Shown: in pieces, positions 60,189 to 64,000 of the stretch
Layout: each line of letters starts with the position of its first letter
Numbering within the stretch: the stretch's first letter is position 1
Source: Mayamaea pseudoterrestris
Taxonomy: Eukaryota
Assembly: GCA_027923505.1 (NCBI GenBank)
Contig: BROI01000002.1
Span: 248,001-312,000, forward strand
DNA: 64,000 nucleotides
Direction: 5' to 3'
Position numbers and translations under genes: made by a program
The notes under the pieces: model-generated
Told to the model about the DNA's origin: nothing
Databases searched by the model: none
The model's input: only the letters and a program-made list of their open reading frames with translations

Positions 60189-63089
60189 TCAGTCATCAGC
60201 GTCATCGTCATCTTCGTCAAAGTCATCATCTTCCTCATCTTCGAAATCATCCAGACGTACGATGGAATGTCCAAAAATGCGCGGAACAACTTCACCGTCT
60301 TCAAAGCGCACTCCATATGTGCCATCTTCGTTGACCTTTTCAATAATGCCAGGGTACAAGCCTGTATCATCGAATGGAGCCATGACATAGTCATCAAGTT
60401 CAAATATTTCTTCACTCAGATAAGCGACTCGTCGCATCGCCTTGGCTTCAAAACTCTTCTCTATAGTTGTGCTCATCTGAACATCGTACTTGTCGTGTGC
60501 ACGGACGGCAAGTACTCTGCATGCCTCAAAAAATGTTTCACCTTGCCGCCGACATTCAACATTATCCTCGTCCACTTCATAAGGAACAAGGACGCGAACG
60601 CAAGCTTGGCACAGTGATAATTCTTTCTCTCCGTCCCGGTAAACAACATCCCATGTCATGGTGTGAGCGTCGGCGCCGATTATTGTCGCTGCGTACCACT
60701 CAGTTTGCAGGGATGCGTACGCAGCCTCAACCTTTTCACCCACTTGGAAATTAGATTGTGGAGTAGAGGTGATTTTCGTTGTTGATAATTTATCCACCAA
60801 TGTATCTGCTCGTTTCGATAATTTGAGTGTTGGTGCGCCGCTGAGAAAGTTATGCATCTGCCTTATCGACTCAGAGCCTCGCAATCGTATCAACTTATTC
60901 AAAGGTTTCACAGACGGCATGGTTAAAACTCGATCCTGCAGATCGTGCAAATAGTATGGGATGAAACGCTGGTGCATTTGAGTTTCTCGTAGGTACCCAA
61001 ACTTTGTCTCCATGCGCAATGAGTCAAGCTGGTGTATAATCATGCGAAGATAAGGGTTTGCCATCTTCATCATCGCCTTGTGGCAGAATCGAAGCGCTAT
61101 AGCTTGCGTTGCGACTGCCCACTGGTTCTGCCGATTCTTCACTAGCATTCGACTGTTTTGGTGTCTTGACCACTCGACCAGTAGCGAACATTGCTCCGCT
61201 TGATCTTGAGATGCCAACGCGTCATATCCAGGCGTATAGTGCTGAATCAAGCTATACCATGCCTTGTTTCCGGGGTGCACGACGTCAAGAACTTCTGTGT
61301 AGGATGCCATGTATTCAGATTGCATGTCGTCTGCGATCAGAATATCGTTGTTGCTTGGAAGTGTTCCAGGTAGTTCAAGGGCGTAGTGCGGTGGAGATGG
61401 CGGCCACTGGAACAGCCGACCTGATCGCAAATTCTTGTCGTATGTTGACTTTTCAATTTTGTTAAACAAAAGTTCTCCAAAATAGTAAATTGCCAAGTGA
61501 TCTGTGACCAAGCGACTGAATAATGATAAAGTTTGGCGCAGTCTACGTGTCGAAAGGAAACTCACTATCAGCGCCAGCACCACATACGATGCGACGGTCG
61601 AAACATGGATCCATTCGAGTGCTTTTCGACATTTGTACAACGTCGAAGTATAAAAAGGAACCCATATGTCACGACTGTCATCCAAGGCATCGGGAACATT
61701 GCCATGCAGATGCTTTGGTACCCAGCTAAACTGGTTGTACTTGAGCATGTCGAGAAGCTCGTGGTAATGAAAGCCAACCTCGGAGTTGGAAATGCGCGCC
61801 GACGCAGTTGTCACGTAGTCCCATCCCCAATGTCTACCCCATGGTTTCCAGAAACCCATGGAACGGAGGAATCGCCAAGGCTTGCTCATGTGTTTCGATA
61901 CATTGACGAGATCGCGTAACGTGTGACCCCATTGCTGCCAGTGCAAACTATATGATCCGCCTTGCGCCAGCGATCTCGTCTCCAGCTGAAATTTTCCAAA
62001 CCTTGGCCGAGGCGCAAACGTGACAATGAACAAGACTCGAAGCGGTCCATTTGGATCGATATGAGCCTCCCCGCGATGCATCAATTGCTGATTGAGTAGC
62101 GCGCCACTTCCAAGCGCCCAGTGATCACTCGAGCCCGACACTTGAAAACCATGTTCCGGACAATAGTCAAACACACCATCCGCACACATGTGACTTCCAG
62201 GACATATTTCAGTCGCACCCATGGTTGATGTCACGTTTTGCAGCGGCACAAAGAGCGAGTAGGATGGCACAAAGGTGCGTGCCCACTTGGCGGCGTTTCC
62301 TTCGGGAACGACATCGGCGTGGTAGCGTTGCGCCTTGGCACCGTAGGCACTCGTAATGCCGGTGAATTCAATGACTGCTGGATTTGGTCCAACGATTTTT
62401 TCCAAACTGGCGACGAAAAAGTCGTTTGACAAGATTTCATGCAGTGCCTTTTGGATGCTTGGATCTTGGTCGACGCGCACGCCAAAGCTCCATCGATGCT
62501 CATTTTCAATGACGTAAATCATGTCTTGATTCTTTTCGTTTTGTTGTAGAATAAAGTCTCGAACCTCGCTTGCTGTTGCTTCCGAAAGCAAGTTTGGATA
62601 AATGGATGCTCCATGTTCCAGCATGTGATACATTGCATCACTGGGTGTCATGTTTTCGTAGTCGATTGTGAGTTGCGGAGTATCTGTTGCCGTCAAATCT
62701 TCGACAGTACAAGTTCGATGGAAATACGTCAATTCACGCGACTTTCGTTCCTCCGTCATGAGTTGAAGGTCCATTTGAGGAGCAAGGTAGTTAATGTAGT
62801 ATCGTTCCACGAGAAAGGTCGAGTAGTAGGCTGCGAATGTCAGCATGACAGGGCAATCGAGCAAGAGGAATTGCAGCAACATTGCTAAGATTGGCAAGAC
62901 TCTTCGTGGAAGCCAATGTAGAGTTGTTACGGAGAATGTCGTAGCTGCTTCGCCATCAGCTTCGCTAAGCGCCACGGCTGACGGCTTCGCATTGTATTCC
63001 TTGGCTTGAGTCGCTGCAATCACGCCGTCCTCCTGCTTTTCCTCTTGCTTTTTGAATCCATCTCTTGCTTTTGAGTTTGGTCGCGTCAT
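60189..63089 (-). CDS. Membrane protein with PhyH-type 2OG-Fe(II) dioxygenase domain, DUF6824-like segment and C-terminal Tudor-like repeats
   Basis: GAKAQRYHAD..LFVPLQNV..GATEICPGSH..MHRGEAH..R; PSNNDIL..HPGNKAW; FQVGEKVEA..WYAATI..WDVVYRDGE and two further Tudor-like units. Confidence 0.75.
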   Translation of the reverse strand: MTRPNSKARDGFKKQEEKQEDGVIAATQAKEYNAKPSAVALSEADGEAATTFSVTTLHWLPRRVLPILAMLLQFLLLDCPVMLTFAAYYSTFLVERYYINYLAPQMDLQLMTEERKSRELTYFHRTCTVEDLTATDTPQLTIDYENMTPSDAMYHMLEHGASIYPNLLSEATASEVRDFILQQNEKNQDMIYVIENEHRWSFGVRVDQDPSIQKALHEILSNDFFVASLEKIVGPNPAVIEFTGITSAYGAKAQRYHADVVPEGNAAKWARTFVPSYSLFVPLQNVTSTMGATEICPGSHMCADGVFDYCPEHGFQVSGSSDHWALGSGALLNQQLMHRGEAHIDPNGPLRVLFIVTFAPRPRFGKFQLETRSLAQGGSYSLHWQQWGHTLRDLVNVSKHMSKPWRFLRSMGFWKPWGRHWGWDYVTTASARISNSEVGFHYHELLDMLKYNQFSWVPKHLHGNVPDALDDSRDIWVPFYTSTLYKCRKALEWIHVSTVASYVVLALIVSFLSTRRLRQTLSLFSRLVTDHLAIYYFGELLFNKIEKSTYDKNLRSGRLFQWPPSPPHYALELPGTLPSNNDILIADDMQSEYMASYTEVLDVVHPGNKAWYSLIQHYTPGYDALASQDQAEQCSLLVEWSRHQNSRMLVKNRQNQWAVATQAIALRFCHKAMMKMANPYLRMIIHQLDSLRMETKFGYLRETQMHQRFIPYYLHDLQDRVLTMPSVKPLNKLIRLRGSESIRQMHNFLSGAPTLKLSKRADTLVDKLSTTKITSTPQSNFQVGEKVEAAYASLQTEWYAATIIGADAHTMTWDVVYRDGEKELSLCQACVRVLVPYEVDEDNVECRRQGETFFEACRVLAVRAHDKYDVQMSTTIEKSFEAKAMRRVAYLSEEIFELDDYVMAPFDDTGLYPGIIEKVNEDGTYGVRFEDGEVVPRIFGHSIVRLDDFEDEEDDDFDEDDDDADD

Positions 63090-63690
63090 TGGAATTTAAC
63101 AGCCAGGTTAAAGAGGACTAGTATGGCTGGAAATGCAAGGCCATTTCGCCAAGTTTTGCTTCGTCGCAAACGATCCAAATGTCGTACTGGTTATCAATGC
63201 AAGGCAACTTTCCCGCGACTACCGGTACTTGTATTTCTATGGAGCGCGCAGCCTTTTATTTCGTCTTATATATTGATGAGACGGCTGCGACGGCACACGA
63301 TGAATTGGACAATGATTAATTATATCATCAGATGAGCAAATGAGTTTTCACTTATTAGCGAGGGCAGGACGGAACGCGGAACGAACCTGCGCGCCGCTGC
63401 CCAAAACATCCGCGCATGCATTTATCAGCGCAAGAGATTTGAACTTGCTCGGCAGAGTTATATATAATCTGAATTGTTTTCTTCTTCTGATCGACTACCC
63501 ATTGGTCTGCCAGCGGAATCTATTTCATTTTTCCCGTGGTGAGTTTCAGCGTCCAAACGAACGGCAATGACGAATCATGGCCGAGCGGCAACTAGAGCCT
63601 GCTGGAATACGGGAACCATATCAATCAGCGTATGTTACAAATGTTATAATATAACAATATCTATTCTATGTAGGCATGCATAATTTACTG

Positions 63691-64000
63691 CTATTGCTCT
63701 ATCCTTGCTCGCGAGTGTGCTTCGGCGCCTTCGTCGTCAAAGGCTGAACTGTCGTCAACAATTGGATTATCATCAAGGTCAACCAGCTCAATGTGCACAC
63801 TCTCAGTGTCATAATGCCCCTTTAGTCGCGATCGTCGTTTACGCAAGCCTCCTTCCTTTCTCTTCTTATGCAAGGCAGTAACGTACTCTGGTCGAACGAC
63901 TTCCTCGCCAGCTAGCAAGGCCAACCCACCATGAAAGCTTCGATCCAAACCGACAATCTCTTCCATGGCTTCGCTTCGAAACCATCCCTTCCAATCAAGA
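63691..64000 (-). CDS. C-terminal end of an unknown protein (begins beyond window)
   Basis: Open reading frame to the edge (..MEEIVGLDRSFHGG..); similar endings occur in transporter C-tails, but identity is not determinable here. Confidence 0.4.
   Translation of the reverse strand, partial: LDWKGWFRSEAMEEIVGLDRSFHGGLALLAGEEVVRPEYVTALHKKRKEGGLRKRRSRLKGHYDTESVHIELVDLDDNPIVDDSSAFDDEGAEAHSRARIEQ

Overview
Gene-dense eukaryotic DNA with short GT-AG introns. The gene content (a CoDi-type Copia element, a bipartite plastid presequence, HSF/DUF6824/ankyrin-type proteins) points to a pennate diatom; this is an inference. About 25 protein genes are recognisable, including a class-3 lipase, a sulfotransferase, DnaJ-X, a SERBP1/Stm1-like protein, WW-cytochrome b5, two stand-alone flavodoxin-domain proteins, HSF, RPT2, cardiolipin synthase, GH16, a tandem sugar-binding protein, a GH1-GH18 fusion, DRG, a HAT-repeat protein, a PILS/AEC transporter, NOL6/Utp22 and a PhyH-Tudor protein. 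A CpG-poor repeat island (~6.6-12.6 kb) holds a GT31 pseudogene, two inward-facing LINE fragments and hairpin-rich ~170/347-bp satellites. A young but defective Copia element with identical 180-bp LTRs sits at 49433-53684. The most unusual signals are: (1) an apparent spliced fusion of a cullin N-terminal domain to a p62/NBR1-like PB1-ZZ-LIR module; (2) a periodic 27-nt palindrome with compensatory changes in the satellite; (3) a three-member family of H1-like/tandem winged-helix proteins, two of which share flanking motifs; (4) a PUL-like GH16 / sugar-binding protein / GH1-GH18 cluster. All calls come from motif recognition by eye; no searches were run.
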